Shown here piece after piece: positions 1 through 9,003 of a stretch of DNA of 36,522 nt. The DNA is from Pseudomonadota bacterium (GTDB lineage: Bacteria > Pseudomonadota > Gammaproteobacteria > Burkholderiales > Burkholderiaceae_D). A program made the position numbers and the translations under genes. The stretch's first letter is position 1. Each line of letters begins with the position of its first letter. Location of the stretch: the NCBI GenBank assembly GCA_041176585.1, contig JBEDCU010000166.1:1-36522 (forward strand), written 5' to 3'. A model generated the notes under the pieces. That model did no database searches. It had not been told where the DNA came from and was given only the letters and a program-made list of their open reading frames with translations.

Positions 1-43
1 AAGTAGCTGTGTTCAACCGGCATATCTCTTAAAGAAAATTAAT

Positions 44-499
44 ATGAACACATTTGAAAAAATCATCGCGTTAAATAGATTTTTCTATCGTACGTCTATT
101 GATATTCAAACCGTTATTGATGGCAAATTTCAGTTTTCTGGAAAGTTGCTGCTTGATGGTATGGTCAATGGCGAGCTCGAAGGAAGAAATCATGAGAACA
201 CGACAGCTGTAGTCGGCCCAACCGGTAAGGTGAATGGCGATATTAAATGCCGCACAATTATGGTTGCTGGCACTGTGTATGGTGATGTTTATGCTGAAAC
301 CGTGTTCCTGATGGAAGGCGCACGTATTTTTGGCGATCTCCATTATGACAAATTGGAAGTCGATTATAGAGCAGTTGTGAATGGTCGATTTGTTTTGCGT
401 GGTGAGTCTGCTGAAAGTCGTTTGCCTAGCTTTACTAACAGTATGCAATTCATTCCAAAAGTTGAAGTTGGTATGAATTTGCCTATCGCCGGTATTTAA
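44..499 (+). CDS. Bactofilin / polymer-forming cytoskeletal protein (CcmA family)
   Basis: Beta-helix repeat pattern: TVIDGKFQFSGKLLLDGMVNGEL...VVGPTGKVNGDIKCRTIMVAGTVYGDVYAETVFLMEGARIFGDLHYDKLEV...AVVNGRF. Confidence 0.88.
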   Translation: MNTFEKIIALNRFFYRTSIDIQTVIDGKFQFSGKLLLDGMVNGELEGRNHENTTAVVGPTGKVNGDIKCRTIMVAGTVYGDVYAETVFLMEGARIFGDLHYDKLEVDYRAVVNGRFVLRGESAESRLPSFTNSMQFIPKVEVGMNLPIAGI

Positions 500-751
500 T
501 TTCCTCCCTATCCTGGTGTCAGATTTTTTCTGACATGCTTGTCAATTATGTAGCGCTCACTTTACTGTGGCGGGCGCTACTAAGATCAAAAAATAGTCTT
601 TGTTGGTTCTTCATTTAAGGTCTTTTTCTGACCTAAATTCCTATTTGCTGTGTCATGGTTTGAAGTGACGGCATCGAATGACTAAGGCTCCCGTACAATA
701 GCGCCTTGGTTTCTTCCTCTGCTGCCTTTGCAGCTTTCTCATTCTCGGTTT

Positions 752-2671
752 ATGGCACTCATTTCATTAAGTAAAGCGCAGCTCGCTTTTGGGCATGTTG
801 CGTTGTTAGATCATGCTGATTTCTCGCTAGAAGCTGGAGAGCGTGTGGGTTTAATTGGTCGTAATGGCACAGGAAAATCTTCTTTGCTGCGCGTAATTGC
901 AGGCGTTTTTCCCCTGGATGATGGGCTGCTAACGAAACAACAAAATCTTCGCATTGCTTATGTTGAGCAAGAACCAGTTATTCATCCTGATTTGACAGTG
1001 TTTGATGCAGTTGCTGAAGGTGTGCATGAAGTCAGCGGTTTGCTGACTGAATACGATACATTGGCGGCGCAACTCGGTGGTGCAGATGATGATGCCTTAA
1101 TGGATAGGATGCAGCAGATTCAATTACATTTGGATGTCAATGATGGTTGGAATTTAAATAATCGCGTTGAGACCACTTTGCATAGGCTAAGTCTCAATCC
1201 AACGAACGTCATTAGCACGCTTTCTGGTGGTATGAAAAAACGAGTGGCTTTAGCGCGTGCCTTAGTCGCTGCACCTGATGTATTGATCTTAGATGAACCT
1301 ACTAACCATCTCGACTTTACTTCCATACTTTGGTTAGAAGAATTGTTGCGTGACTTTAAAGGTAGCGTGCTGTTCATTACCCATGACAGACGATTTTTAG
1401 ATAATGTGGCTACTCGTATTGTTGAGTTAGATCGAGGACGTTTGCAATCCTATCCCGGTAATTTTACTGCGTATCAAATTCGTAAAGCTGAGCAATTAGA
1501 AATTGAAGCGGTAGAAAATGCAAAATTCGATAAGGTATTAGCGCAAGAAGAAGTCTGGATACGCAAAGGCGTAGAAGCGCGTAGAACGCGTAATGAAGGA
1601 CGAGTGCGTAGGCTGGAATCGTTGCGATTAGAAAGAGGCTCGCGACGTGATCAGCAAGGACAAGTAAAAATGTCCTTAAGTGATGCTGAGCGTTCCGGAA
1701 AAATTGTGGCTGAGCTGACAGATATTTGTAAGTCCTTTGGCAGTAAACGTATCGTACAAAATTTTAGTGCAACGATTATGCGTGGCGATAAAGTGGGTTT
1801 GATAGGCATGAATGGTGCTGGCAAAACGACTTTATTAAGAATGATTTTAGGTGAAGATCAACCGGATTCTGGTGAGGTGCGTCAGGGTAGTCGCATGCAA
1901 ATTGCTTATTTTGATCAAATGCGCGCGCAACTCAATGATGAAACCAGTTTGGCTGATACGATTTCTCCAGGTAGTGATTGGGTTGAGGTTGGTGGTCAGC
2001 GTAAGCACGTGATGACTTACCTCGCTGATTTTCTTTTCTCGCCTGAACGTGCGCGTTCTCCTGTGAAGTCTTTGTCGGGTGGTGAACGCAATCGATTACT
2101 GTTGGCACGTTTATTTGCACGACCTGCAAATGTATTGGTGTTAGATGAACCTACCAACGATTTAGATATCGATACCTTAGAGTTGTTAGAGCAATTGCTA
2201 GAAGATTTTAACGGCACCGTATTTTTAGTGAGTCACGATAGAGCGTTCTTAGATAATGTGGTGACACAAGTACTAGTAGCAGAAGGTGAGGGTGCATGGT
2301 GTGAATATGTAGGTGGCTATGCAGATTGGGAGCGTGTGCGTAAATCTTCTCCTGATCAAAAGAAAAATAAAATAGAATCTAAACCTGTAGCACCTGCCGC
2401 GCCACCTGCTGCGACACCTGCTGTAGCGAATACGAGTAAGCCTAAAAAACTAAGCTTTAAAGAACAGCGTGAATTAGAAGAGCTGCCTAAGTTAATTGCT
2501 GATTTAGAGCGTGAGCAAGCAGAGATAGGAACGAAACTCGCTGATCCTGATTTATATCGTCAAGACCCTACGGCTATGCAAAAGTTGAATGCGCGCTTTG
2601 CTGAAATTGAAAGCTTGTTATTACTAAGCTTGGAGAAATGGGAAGCGATAGAAGCACGCACTAAAGCTTAG
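752..2671 (+). CDS. uup: ABC-F family ATP-binding protein Uup
   Basis: Two ABC domains (GRNGTGKS, LSGG, ILDEPTNHLD; GMNGAGKT, LSGGE, VLDEPTNDLD), linker EEVWIRKGVEARRTRNEGRVR, C-terminal coiled coil KKLSFKEQRELEELP. ATG at 752 preferred over TTG at 728. Confidence 0.93.
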   Translation: MALISLSKAQLAFGHVALLDHADFSLEAGERVGLIGRNGTGKSSLLRVIAGVFPLDDGLLTKQQNLRIAYVEQEPVIHPDLTVFDAVAEGVHEVSGLLTEYDTLAAQLGGADDDALMDRMQQIQLHLDVNDGWNLNNRVETTLHRLSLNPTNVISTLSGGMKKRVALARALVAAPDVLILDEPTNHLDFTSILWLEELLRDFKGSVLFITHDRRFLDNVATRIVELDRGRLQSYPGNFTAYQIRKAEQLEIEAVENAKFDKVLAQEEVWIRKGVEARRTRNEGRVRRLESLRLERGSRRDQQGQVKMSLSDAERSGKIVAELTDICKSFGSKRIVQNFSATIMRGDKVGLIGMNGAGKTTLLRMILGEDQPDSGEVRQGSRMQIAYFDQMRAQLNDETSLADTISPGSDWVEVGGQRKHVMTYLADFLFSPERARSPVKSLSGGERNRLLLARLFARPANVLVLDEPTNDLDIDTLELLEQLLEDFNGTVFLVSHDRAFLDNVVTQVLVAEGEGAWCEYVGGYADWERVRKSSPDQKKNKIESKPVAPAAPPAATPAVANTSKPKKLSFKEQRELEELPKLIADLEREQAEIGTKLADPDLYRQDPTAMQKLNARFAEIESLLLLSLEKWEAIEARTKA

Positions 2672-2721
2672 TAAGTAATGCTTAGTAAGTGATGCTTAGT
2701 AATTTATGCTTAGTAATTTAT
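2666..2721. repeat. Tandem repeat, 4 x 14 bp (GCTTAGTAAKTDAT)
   Basis: Units are gcttagtaagtaat, gcttagtaagtgat, gcttagtaatttat and gcttagtaatttat. The first unit contains the uup TAG stop. Confidence 0.95.
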
Positions 2722-2727
2722 GATGAG

Positions 2728-3564
2728 TTAATTGAGTTTGCGACTTGCAGCGCGTAAGTCAGGTAATAGGCTGCGTAGTTTTTCACTATCTTTCGCATCA
2801 GGATAGGCAGCGATGTAGGCTTCTAGATCTTGTAATGCGGCTTGCGGACAATCGAGGTGAGCATAGGCTAAGCCGCGATCGCGTCGTTCATTCATATCAT
2901 CTGGCAGTAAGATCATCAGCCTTTTTTGTACATTCAAAAACTGCTGCCAATCCGGATGTTCCGCAAATAAGGCTTTGAGGTTGCGTAACATGCGTACCAA
3001 GATTTCTCTAGGCTCTGCATCAGCTAGTAGTCTTGTTAACGACAACTCAGTATGTTCTTGTTCTGAGTTTATATAGGGCTCTAATCGTTGTTCTATTTCT
3101 TCACGTGACAGGCTGGCTCCATTGAAGGGATCAATAATAATGTCACCACTTTTTACTGGTACTTTCATTAAAAAATGACCAGGGAAAGAAATGCCTTTAA
3201 CTTGTAAGCCGATTTGTTGGGCTAATTCCATATAGATGACAGCAAGCGAAATAGGTATACCTTTGCGGCTGATTAAGACTTTATGTAGATAGCTGTTATC
3301 TGGGTCGTAGTAATCATTTACATTTCCAGCGAAGCCGAGTTCTTGATAAAAAAAGTGATTGAGTAAACGTAGTTTTGGTATTTGCGCAATGTCTTTAGGA
3401 AGACGTTGATTGAGGCGCGCTGCGAATTTATCAATCTCTATTGCACAAGCAGTTAGGTCGAGTGCGGGATCATCATCTTGCGCAATACAGAGTGCTGCTT
3501 CAAACAGTGGAATAGCATCATCTTGTTTGACTAGTGAAGAAAAATAATCGAGTGCTTGCATCAT
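2728..3564 (-). CDS. SirB1/YchA family transglutaminase-like TPR protein
   Basis: FAGNVNDYYDPDNSYLHKVL..RKGIPISLAVIY, FPGHFL, RMLRNLK, and TPR segment ERRDRGLAY. Confidence 0.88.
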   Translation of the reverse strand: MMQALDYFSSLVKQDDAIPLFEAALCIAQDDDPALDLTACAIEIDKFAARLNQRLPKDIAQIPKLRLLNHFFYQELGFAGNVNDYYDPDNSYLHKVLISRKGIPISLAVIYMELAQQIGLQVKGISFPGHFLMKVPVKSGDIIIDPFNGASLSREEIEQRLEPYINSEQEHTELSLTRLLADAEPREILVRMLRNLKALFAEHPDWQQFLNVQKRLMILLPDDMNERRDRGLAYAHLDCPQAALQDLEAYIAAYPDAKDSEKLRSLLPDLRAASRKLN

Positions 3565-3585
3565 CGCTGCGTGTATTTTTAAAAA

Positions 3586-5136
3586 TTAAGTCGATGTCCG
3601 TTTGAAGTCACGCAAACGAAAGCCCATAGCGAACAGTGCACCGAAATAACTCACCATGCAAAGTACGATGATGAGTAATAAATCAGCGATCCTGATGAGG
3701 GGTGTGGTACCTAAGCTTATCCAATCAAATTGTGAGCCCGCCCACATGCCTATGCCTGTCAATATCAATAAGGCTCCTAAGAGTCGAGCAAGGAAAAAAA
3801 TCCAACCCGCTGAAGGTTGATACAGGCCACGTTTTAAAAGAATGGAAAATAAAATTCCCGCATTGATGGTGGCGCCAATTCCTATTGAGAGTGCAAGACC
3901 AGCATGCGCAATCCAAGGTACGAATAAATAATTCATGATTTGGGTTGCGATTAAAACGCCTATGGCAATTTTTACCGGAGTGCGTATGTCTTGCTTAGCA
4001 TAGAAACCAGGTGCGAGTATTTTTACTAAAATCAAACCCATGAGCCCAACGCCATAAGCAATTAAGGCTTGCGCGGTCATGGCAACTGAATGTTGATCGA
4101 ATTGGCCATAGTGAAATAAGGTCGTTGTCAAAGGAATCGATAACACCATGAGTGCCACAGCAGCAGGCATTGCTAGTAAAAATGTTAAGCGCAATCCCCA
4201 ATCTAATAAAGATGAATACTCTTGTTGATCACCCACTGCATTCGCTTTGGACAAACTAGGAAGCAAAATCGTACCTAGTGCAACACCTAACAAACCAGTA
4301 GGTAGTTCCATCAGACGGTCTGCATAAGAAAGCCAAGAAACGCTGCCATGCTCTAAGTGTGAAGCTATATTAGTGTTGATGATGAGACTGATCTGCGCAA
4401 CAGAGACTGCAAATGTAGCAGGCACCATTTGTTTTAAGACGCGTTTCACGCCTTCATCGCGTAATGCTGAGAAGGGATTGAGTCCTATACGCGGCAGCAT
4501 GCCTATTTTTCTTAATGCAGGTAGTTGTAGTGCTAGTTGCAAAATGCCGCCGACAAAAACAGCGATGGCTAATCCATAAACAGGTTGCGCTAAATGTGGC
4601 GCAATAAATAATGATGCCGTTATGAATGAGAGATTTAATAGTACAGGTGTGAAGGCCGGAATTTTAAATTCACGCCATGTATTAAGTATGCCGCCAGCCA
4701 GTGCGACCAAGGACATGAATAAAATATAGGGAAACATAATGCGCGTCATAACGACCGCTAGATGCATGGTGGGTCCATCTTTGGTAAACCCACTGGCGAT
4801 TAGCATCACGATGAGTGGCGCTGCGATGATGCCTAAGATTGTGGTGGCAAGTAAGCTCCAAAATAAAACAGTAGCGACATGATTTACCAGTGCTGCTGTT
4901 TTAGCTTCACCTTGTTGATTTTTGTATTCTGCAAGTATGGGTACAAAGGCTTGTGAGAATGCGCCTTCGGCAAACAAGCGTCGCAAGAGGTTAGGAATGC
5001 GGAAAGCGACGAAGAATGCGTCAGTGTAGATGGAGGCGCCGAATGTGCGGGCGATCAAAAATTCTCGCACTAGTCCCGTAATACGTGACAGCAGCGTCAT
5101 GCCAGATACGGTGGCTAGCGTTTTATGCAAATTCAT
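3586..5136 (-). CDS. murJ: Lipid II flippase MurJ (MviN)
   Basis: TLLSRITGLVRE, DAFFVAFRIPNLLRRLFAEGAFSQAFVPIL, YADRLMELP; multi-pass membrane protein divergent from rpsT. Confidence 0.97.
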   Translation of the reverse strand: MNLHKTLATVSGMTLLSRITGLVREFLIARTFGASIYTDAFFVAFRIPNLLRRLFAEGAFSQAFVPILAEYKNQQGEAKTAALVNHVATVLFWSLLATTILGIIAAPLIVMLIASGFTKDGPTMHLAVVMTRIMFPYILFMSLVALAGGILNTWREFKIPAFTPVLLNLSFITASLFIAPHLAQPVYGLAIAVFVGGILQLALQLPALRKIGMLPRIGLNPFSALRDEGVKRVLKQMVPATFAVSVAQISLIINTNIASHLEHGSVSWLSYADRLMELPTGLLGVALGTILLPSLSKANAVGDQQEYSSLLDWGLRLTFLLAMPAAVALMVLSIPLTTTLFHYGQFDQHSVAMTAQALIAYGVGLMGLILVKILAPGFYAKQDIRTPVKIAIGVLIATQIMNYLFVPWIAHAGLALSIGIGATINAGILFSILLKRGLYQPSAGWIFFLARLLGALLILTGIGMWAGSQFDWISLGTTPLIRIADLLLIIVLCMVSYFGALFAMGFRLRDFKRTST

Positions 5137-5142
5137 AGCGAA

Positions 5143-5148
5143 ATTATA
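5143..5148 (-). promoter_or_regulatory. Putative -10 box (TATAAT) 6 nt upstream of the murJ ATG
   Basis: Minus strand reads gcTATAATttcgctATG; no Shine-Dalgarno. Confidence 0.6.
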
Positions 5149-5247
5149 GCCCCCTGTGGGACTTTACTTATTGCTGATAAATTAGCATTCTGAAAACATG
5201 ACGCTGTTTTAGTTAGTCCCATTACTACAAGATTCTTCTTTATGCTG

Positions 5248-5277
5248 TTTACTCGTATGCATAAAAGCAGCTATAAT
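5248..5277 (+). promoter_or_regulatory. Putative sigma70 promoter of rpsT
   Basis: TTTACT-18 bp-TATAAT (TATAAT at 5272-5277). Confidence 0.5.
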
Positions 5278-5344
5278 CTTTGTTTTTCCGATTTCTGCGG
5301 ACTAGTCAAGGCTTAGTCTAGCATTCCAAGTTCAGGACACAGTT

Positions 5345-5608
5345 ATGGCAAATACAGCACAAGCGCGTAAACGCGCTCGTCAAGCAGTGAAGCTCAATGC
5401 GCACAATTCAAGTCAGCGTTCGACTTTGCGTACGGCGATTAAAGCCGTTCGTAAAGCTATTGATGCAGGCGATAAAGCAGCAGCGATGGCAGTTTTCAAC
5501 TCATCTATATCGGTCATCGATCGTATTGCTGACAAAAGAATTATTCATAAGAACAAGGCAGCTCGTCATAAGAGCCGTCTGTCAGCAGCTGTTAAAGCAC
5601 TGGCCTAA
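5345..5608 (+). CDS. rpsT: 30S ribosomal protein S20
   Basis: [13 protein letters not shown]...[14 protein letters not shown]; AGGA ribosome-binding site. Confidence 0.98.
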   Translation: MANTAQARKRARQAVKLNAHNSSQRSTLRTAIKAVRKAIDAGDKAAAMAVFNSSISVIDRIADKRIIHKNKAARHKSRLSAAVKALA

Positions 5609-5655
5609 GTTTCTAAATCTGGGCATCTCATCGCTCTGATTAAGTTTTAAGCATT

Positions 5656-5694
5656 AAAAAAATCCCTGCTGATTTGTCTCAGCAGGGATTTTTT
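5656..5694. terminator. Bidirectional intrinsic terminator between rpsT and the DUF192 gene
   Basis: A7-TCCCTGCTGA-loop-TCAGCAGGGA-T6. Confidence 0.9.
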
Positions 5695-6139
5695 ATTTTG
5701 GCAAGCCAAGAATCTTGCTACCGGATTTTATATTTTTGCGTTTAAACCAGCCTTGATTCATTTCTAATGCATAACGCGCTGGTTTTTCTGCGCAGTGCGA
5801 ATCCAGCGTTTCAGGCTGCATATCTTCAATGTTGATGATGCTGCCTTCTTCATCAATGAAAGCGACCGACAAAGGTAGCAAGGTGTTTTTCATCCACATA
5901 CAGACTTTGCCGTTGCGATCGAAGCGAAACATCATGCCTTCGTTAGTACCCATTTGTTTGCGGAACATCAGTCCCTGCATACGCTCTTCATTACTGCTTG
6001 CATATTCTGCCTGTATGACATGAATACCAATGGTTAATGGGACAACTTGTAATTTGTTGGGCTCAAATGCGAGTGCAGCATTTGAAAAAAACAGGCTCCA
6101 CAAGCCAATGATGAGGGCCTTACGTATTGTGCTTCTCAA
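5693..6139 (-). CDS. DUF192 family exported protein
   Basis: Signal peptide; ERMQGLMFR, GMMFRF, MWMKNTLLPLSVAFID, YALEMNQGWF. Confidence 0.88.
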   Translation of the reverse strand: MRSTIRKALIIGLWSLFFSNAALAFEPNKLQVVPLTIGIHVIQAEYASSNEERMQGLMFRKQMGTNEGMMFRFDRNGKVCMWMKNTLLPLSVAFIDEEGSIINIEDMQPETLDSHCAEKPARYALEMNQGWFKRKNIKSGSKILGLPK

Positions 6140-6191
6140 AAAAATCTCCTGAATAATCTGCAGCTTGAACTTGGATTAAGAGGGTCAAGCA

Positions 6192-6761
6192 TCAAACTTT
6201 GACCTTCGTCCATTCATTAGGATGCAATTCTAGCCATTCTCCAGGGAGTAGGGGATGGCTGGCTAATGAAATAGGACCAATTGCCCAACGTACTAGGCGC
6301 AAAGTTGGTAATCCAACTGCGGCTGTCATGCGTCTAACTTGACGGTTTTTACCTTCAGTGAGGGTAAGCGCTAACCAACTACTTGGTATGGCGGCTCTGT
6401 AGCGTATGGGTGGGCTGCGATCCCACAGCCAAGAAGGTGCTTCTATCTGGCTGGCTTTGGACGGCAAGGTCGTGAAATCGCCTAAATGTAAGGGCGCACG
6501 CAAGCGCTCTAGGGCCTGAGCGTCGATTTGTCCTTCAACCTGTACTAAATAGACTTTTTCTTTTTCTTGTAGAGGATTGCTAATGGCATGTTGTAGTCGT
6601 CCATCGTCCGTTAACAGCATGAGCCCTTCGCTATCGGCATCGAGTCGTCCGGCTGGATAAATATTGGGAATAGTCAAATAATCGGCCAGAGAGGTATGTG
6701 ATTCGGTTCGCCCGAATTGACTGAGTACACCGTAAGGTTTGTTGAATAAGATGAGTCGCAT
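6192..6761 (-). CDS. rluE: 23S rRNA pseudouridine synthase, RluE-like
   Basis: LFNKPYGVLSQF, YPAGRLDADSEGL, EGKNRQVRRMTAAVGLPTLRLVR; divergent from icd as in other proteobacteria. Confidence 0.88.
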   Translation of the reverse strand: MRLILFNKPYGVLSQFGRTESHTSLADYLTIPNIYPAGRLDADSEGLMLLTDDGRLQHAISNPLQEKEKVYLVQVEGQIDAQALERLRAPLHLGDFTTLPSKASQIEAPSWLWDRSPPIRYRAAIPSSWLALTLTEGKNRQVRRMTAAVGLPTLRLVRWAIGPISLASHPLLPGEWLELHPNEWTKVKV

Positions 6762-6927
6762 AAGGGAAAATGCTGAAATGCATGCTTTAGCGAGTAAAGC
6801 GCATGCCGAAAGCCCATTTTCTCCTTTTTCTGGGACTTGCTTGAAAAGATTTTTTGCAAACAGGGATTATTTTTCCTGTCCGCGCGATAGCACCAAGTAA
6901 AATACTGGTGCATAATGTGGGGCGCGG

Positions 6928-6947
6928 TCTTATGTCTTATATAAGAC
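6928..6947. promoter_or_regulatory. Putative SdhR-type (GntR family) operator upstream of icd
   Basis: TCTTATGTCTTATATAAGAC contains the perfect 14-bp palindrome GTCTTATATAAGAC and lies just downstream of a candidate promoter TAGCAC-17-CATAAT (6888-6916). Confidence 0.7.
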
Positions 6948-6993
6948 TTGCGACTAAGCATTTGCCCCTTTGTTTAATTTTTTGTTGCCTTGC

Positions 6994-7044
6994 CCAGCGA
7001 AAGCGCATTGCTGTTCACGAGACGCAATCACCAATTTAAGCTGG
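6994..7044 (+). ncRNA. Candidate structured cis-regulatory RNA in the icd leader (possibly icd-II-like)
   Basis: Outer pairing CCAGC(6994-6998)/GCTGG(7040-7044) encloses an ATTGC(7007-7011)/GCAAT(7024-7028) hairpin, about 11 nt before the GGAGA ribosome-binding site. Confidence 0.4.
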
Positions 7045-7065
7045 TCGTCACCTTCGGAGATAAAG

Positions 7066-8319
7066 ATGTATCAACATATCAAAGTGCCCACTGAGGGCAA
7101 ACAAATTTCGGTCAATGCCGATTTTTCTTTGACGGTTCCTGACAACCCTATCATTCCTTACATCGAAGGCGATGGCACTGGTGTTGATATCAGCCCAGTG
7201 ATGATTAAGGTGATTGATGCGGCAGTCAAAAAAGCTTATAGCGGCAAGCGCAAAATCAGCTGGATGGAAATCTATGCGGGTGAAAAATCTACCCAAGTGT
7301 ATGGCCCTGATGTCTGGCTGCCAGAAGAAACCTTAAAGGTACTAAAAGATTATGTAGTCTCCATCAAAGGCCCACTGACCACCCCAGTGGGCGGTGGTAT
7401 TCGTTCTTTGAACGTGGCATTGCGTCAAGAACTCGATCTCTATGTTTGTTTGCGTCCAGTACGTTATTTTACCGGCGTGCCTTCACCACTGCGTGAGCCA
7501 GAAAAAACCGATATGGTGATTTTCCGTGAGAACTCAGAAGATATTTATGCGGGTATCGAATGGCAAGAAGGAACCGAAGGCGCGAAAAAAGTGATCGATT
7601 TCCTGATCAAGGAAATGGGCGTGAAAAAAATCCGCTTCCCTGAAACCTCAGGGATTGGTGTCAAGCCGGTTTCCCGCGAAGGTACCGAGCGCTTGGTTCG
7701 CAAAGCGATTCAGTACACGATAGATAACGATAAGCCTTCTCTGACCATTGTCCACAAAGGCAACATCATGAAATACACCGAAGGTGGATTCCGTGATTGG
7801 GGTTATGCGTTGGCGCAGAAGGAATTTGGCGCGAAACTGATTGATGGCGGCCCATGGTGCACATTCAAAAATCCTAAGACCGGTAAAGACATCATTGTGA
7901 AAGATGCGATCGCAGATGCGTTTTTGCAGCAGATTCTGTTGCGTCCGAATGAGTACAGCGTGATTGCTACCCTAAACTTAAATGGTGACTATATTTCCGA
8001 CGCGCTCGCTGCTCAGGTAGGCGGAATTGGTATTGCTCCAGGCGCGAATCTTTCAGATTCAGTGGCGATGTTTGAAGCAACTCACGGCACAGCACCAAAA
8101 TATGCAGGCAAAGACTATGTAAATCCAGGATCTTTGATTTTGTCGGCTGAGATGATGTTGCGTCACATGGGTTGGTTTGAAGCCGCTGATCTCATCATCA
8201 GTTCTATGGAAAAATCCATCGCATCCAAAAAAGTGACCTATGACTTTGCTAGATTGATGGAAGGCTCTACCCAGATGTCTTGCTCAGGCTTTGGTGATGT
8301 CATGATCGAACATATGTAA
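7066..8319 (+). CDS. icd: NADP-dependent isocitrate dehydrogenase
   Basis: [69 protein letters not shown]; GGAGA precedes ATG 7066. Confidence 0.98.
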   Translation: MYQHIKVPTEGKQISVNADFSLTVPDNPIIPYIEGDGTGVDISPVMIKVIDAAVKKAYSGKRKISWMEIYAGEKSTQVYGPDVWLPEETLKVLKDYVVSIKGPLTTPVGGGIRSLNVALRQELDLYVCLRPVRYFTGVPSPLREPEKTDMVIFRENSEDIYAGIEWQEGTEGAKKVIDFLIKEMGVKKIRFPETSGIGVKPVSREGTERLVRKAIQYTIDNDKPSLTIVHKGNIMKYTEGGFRDWGYALAQKEFGAKLIDGGPWCTFKNPKTGKDIIVKDAIADAFLQQILLRPNEYSVIATLNLNGDYISDALAAQVGGIGIAPGANLSDSVAMFEATHGTAPKYAGKDYVNPGSLILSAEMMLRHMGWFEAADLIISSMEKSIASKKVTYDFARLMEGSTQMSCSGFGDVMIEHM

Positions 8320-8423
8320 TTCTCTTTGCCAGCCTCTGGTATTGCGTGACCATACAAAGTGGTTTAGAGATGCCGGAGTATTGAGCACCTTAATTTTTTG
8401 CCAACCTAAAATCATTAGATAAT

Positions 8424-8452
8424 AAAAAACCCCCGATTGTGGCGGGGGTTTT
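8424..8452. terminator. Bidirectional intrinsic terminator between icd and the csp gene
   Basis: A6-CCCCCG-loop-CGGGGG-T4. Confidence 0.85.
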
Positions 8453-8472
8453 AAGTAGAGCCTAATGGGTAA

Positions 8473-8676
8473 TCAGACGTTATTGATGTTAGAAGCCTGC
8501 TTGCCTTTAGGGCCTTGCGTTACTTCGAACGATACTTTTTGACCTTCTTTGAGGGTCTTAAAGCCATTCATTGAAATAGCGGAGAAGTGTGCGAAGAGAT
8601 CTTCACCACCATCGTCCGGAGTAATAAAGCCGAAGCCTTTAGCGTCGTTAAACCACTTGACTGTACCTGTTGCCAT
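8473..8676 (-). CDS. cspD: Cold-shock domain protein (CspD-like by synteny)
   Basis: [21 protein letters not shown]...LFAHFSAI; divergent from clpS-clpA. The family is certain; the symbol rests on synteny. Confidence 0.85.
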   Translation of the reverse strand: MATGTVKWFNDAKGFGFITPDDGGEDLFAHFSAISMNGFKTLKEGQKVSFEVTQGPKGKQASNINNV

Positions 8677-8802
8677 AAAAAGGGTCTTTCTAGAAATAAC
8701 CAATCACACGAGACTTAAAAGCAAGAAGCTCGCGTAACGCTGCCCCCTCTAATATTGCCCCTCCAAGTCGATATTGCCAATAAGCAATAACCGATATTTG
8801 CC

Positions 8803-8831
8803 ATTGTTTGCGTAAAAAATAGAAAAGTCAA
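8803..8831 (-). promoter_or_regulatory. Putative sigma70 promoter of the csp gene, giving a 5' UTR of about 120 nt
   Basis: Minus strand TTGACT-17 bp-AACAAT. Confidence 0.5.
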
Positions 8832-9003
8832 GTCACTTGCATAAAGTGCTAGACTGATCCTGTCTGCCCGAAATAAATGGGGTTAGTAAGGGCAAATTGG
8901 CCGTAATCTGCGCACTATCAGGAAAGGGCGTAATATCTGATGACGGTCGGATATTGCTGATTTTGACTGTTACGCAAATTGACGGACGCATTAGAATAGA
9001 CGC

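Noticed and set aside
2666-2721. Possible mini-CRISPR array
   Set aside because: The units are contiguous 14-mers with no spacers, and no cas genes are present.
6674-7039. Short ORFs (95 aa minus, 61 aa plus) in the rluE-icd intergenic region
   Set aside because: No recognisable motifs or ribosome-binding sites, and they cross promoter and operator elements.
6970-7065. 32-aa N-terminal extension of Icd in the ORF track
   Set aside because: ATG 7066 has a GGAGA ribosome-binding site and matches the typical Icd N-terminus; the upstream part is better explained as leader RNA.
8320-8470. Prophage attachment at the icd 3' end, or an sRNA hairpin (CTCTGGTAT...ATGCCGGAG)
   Set aside because: There is no integrase or duplicated icd 3' end. 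The hairpin relies on G-U pairs and has no other support.
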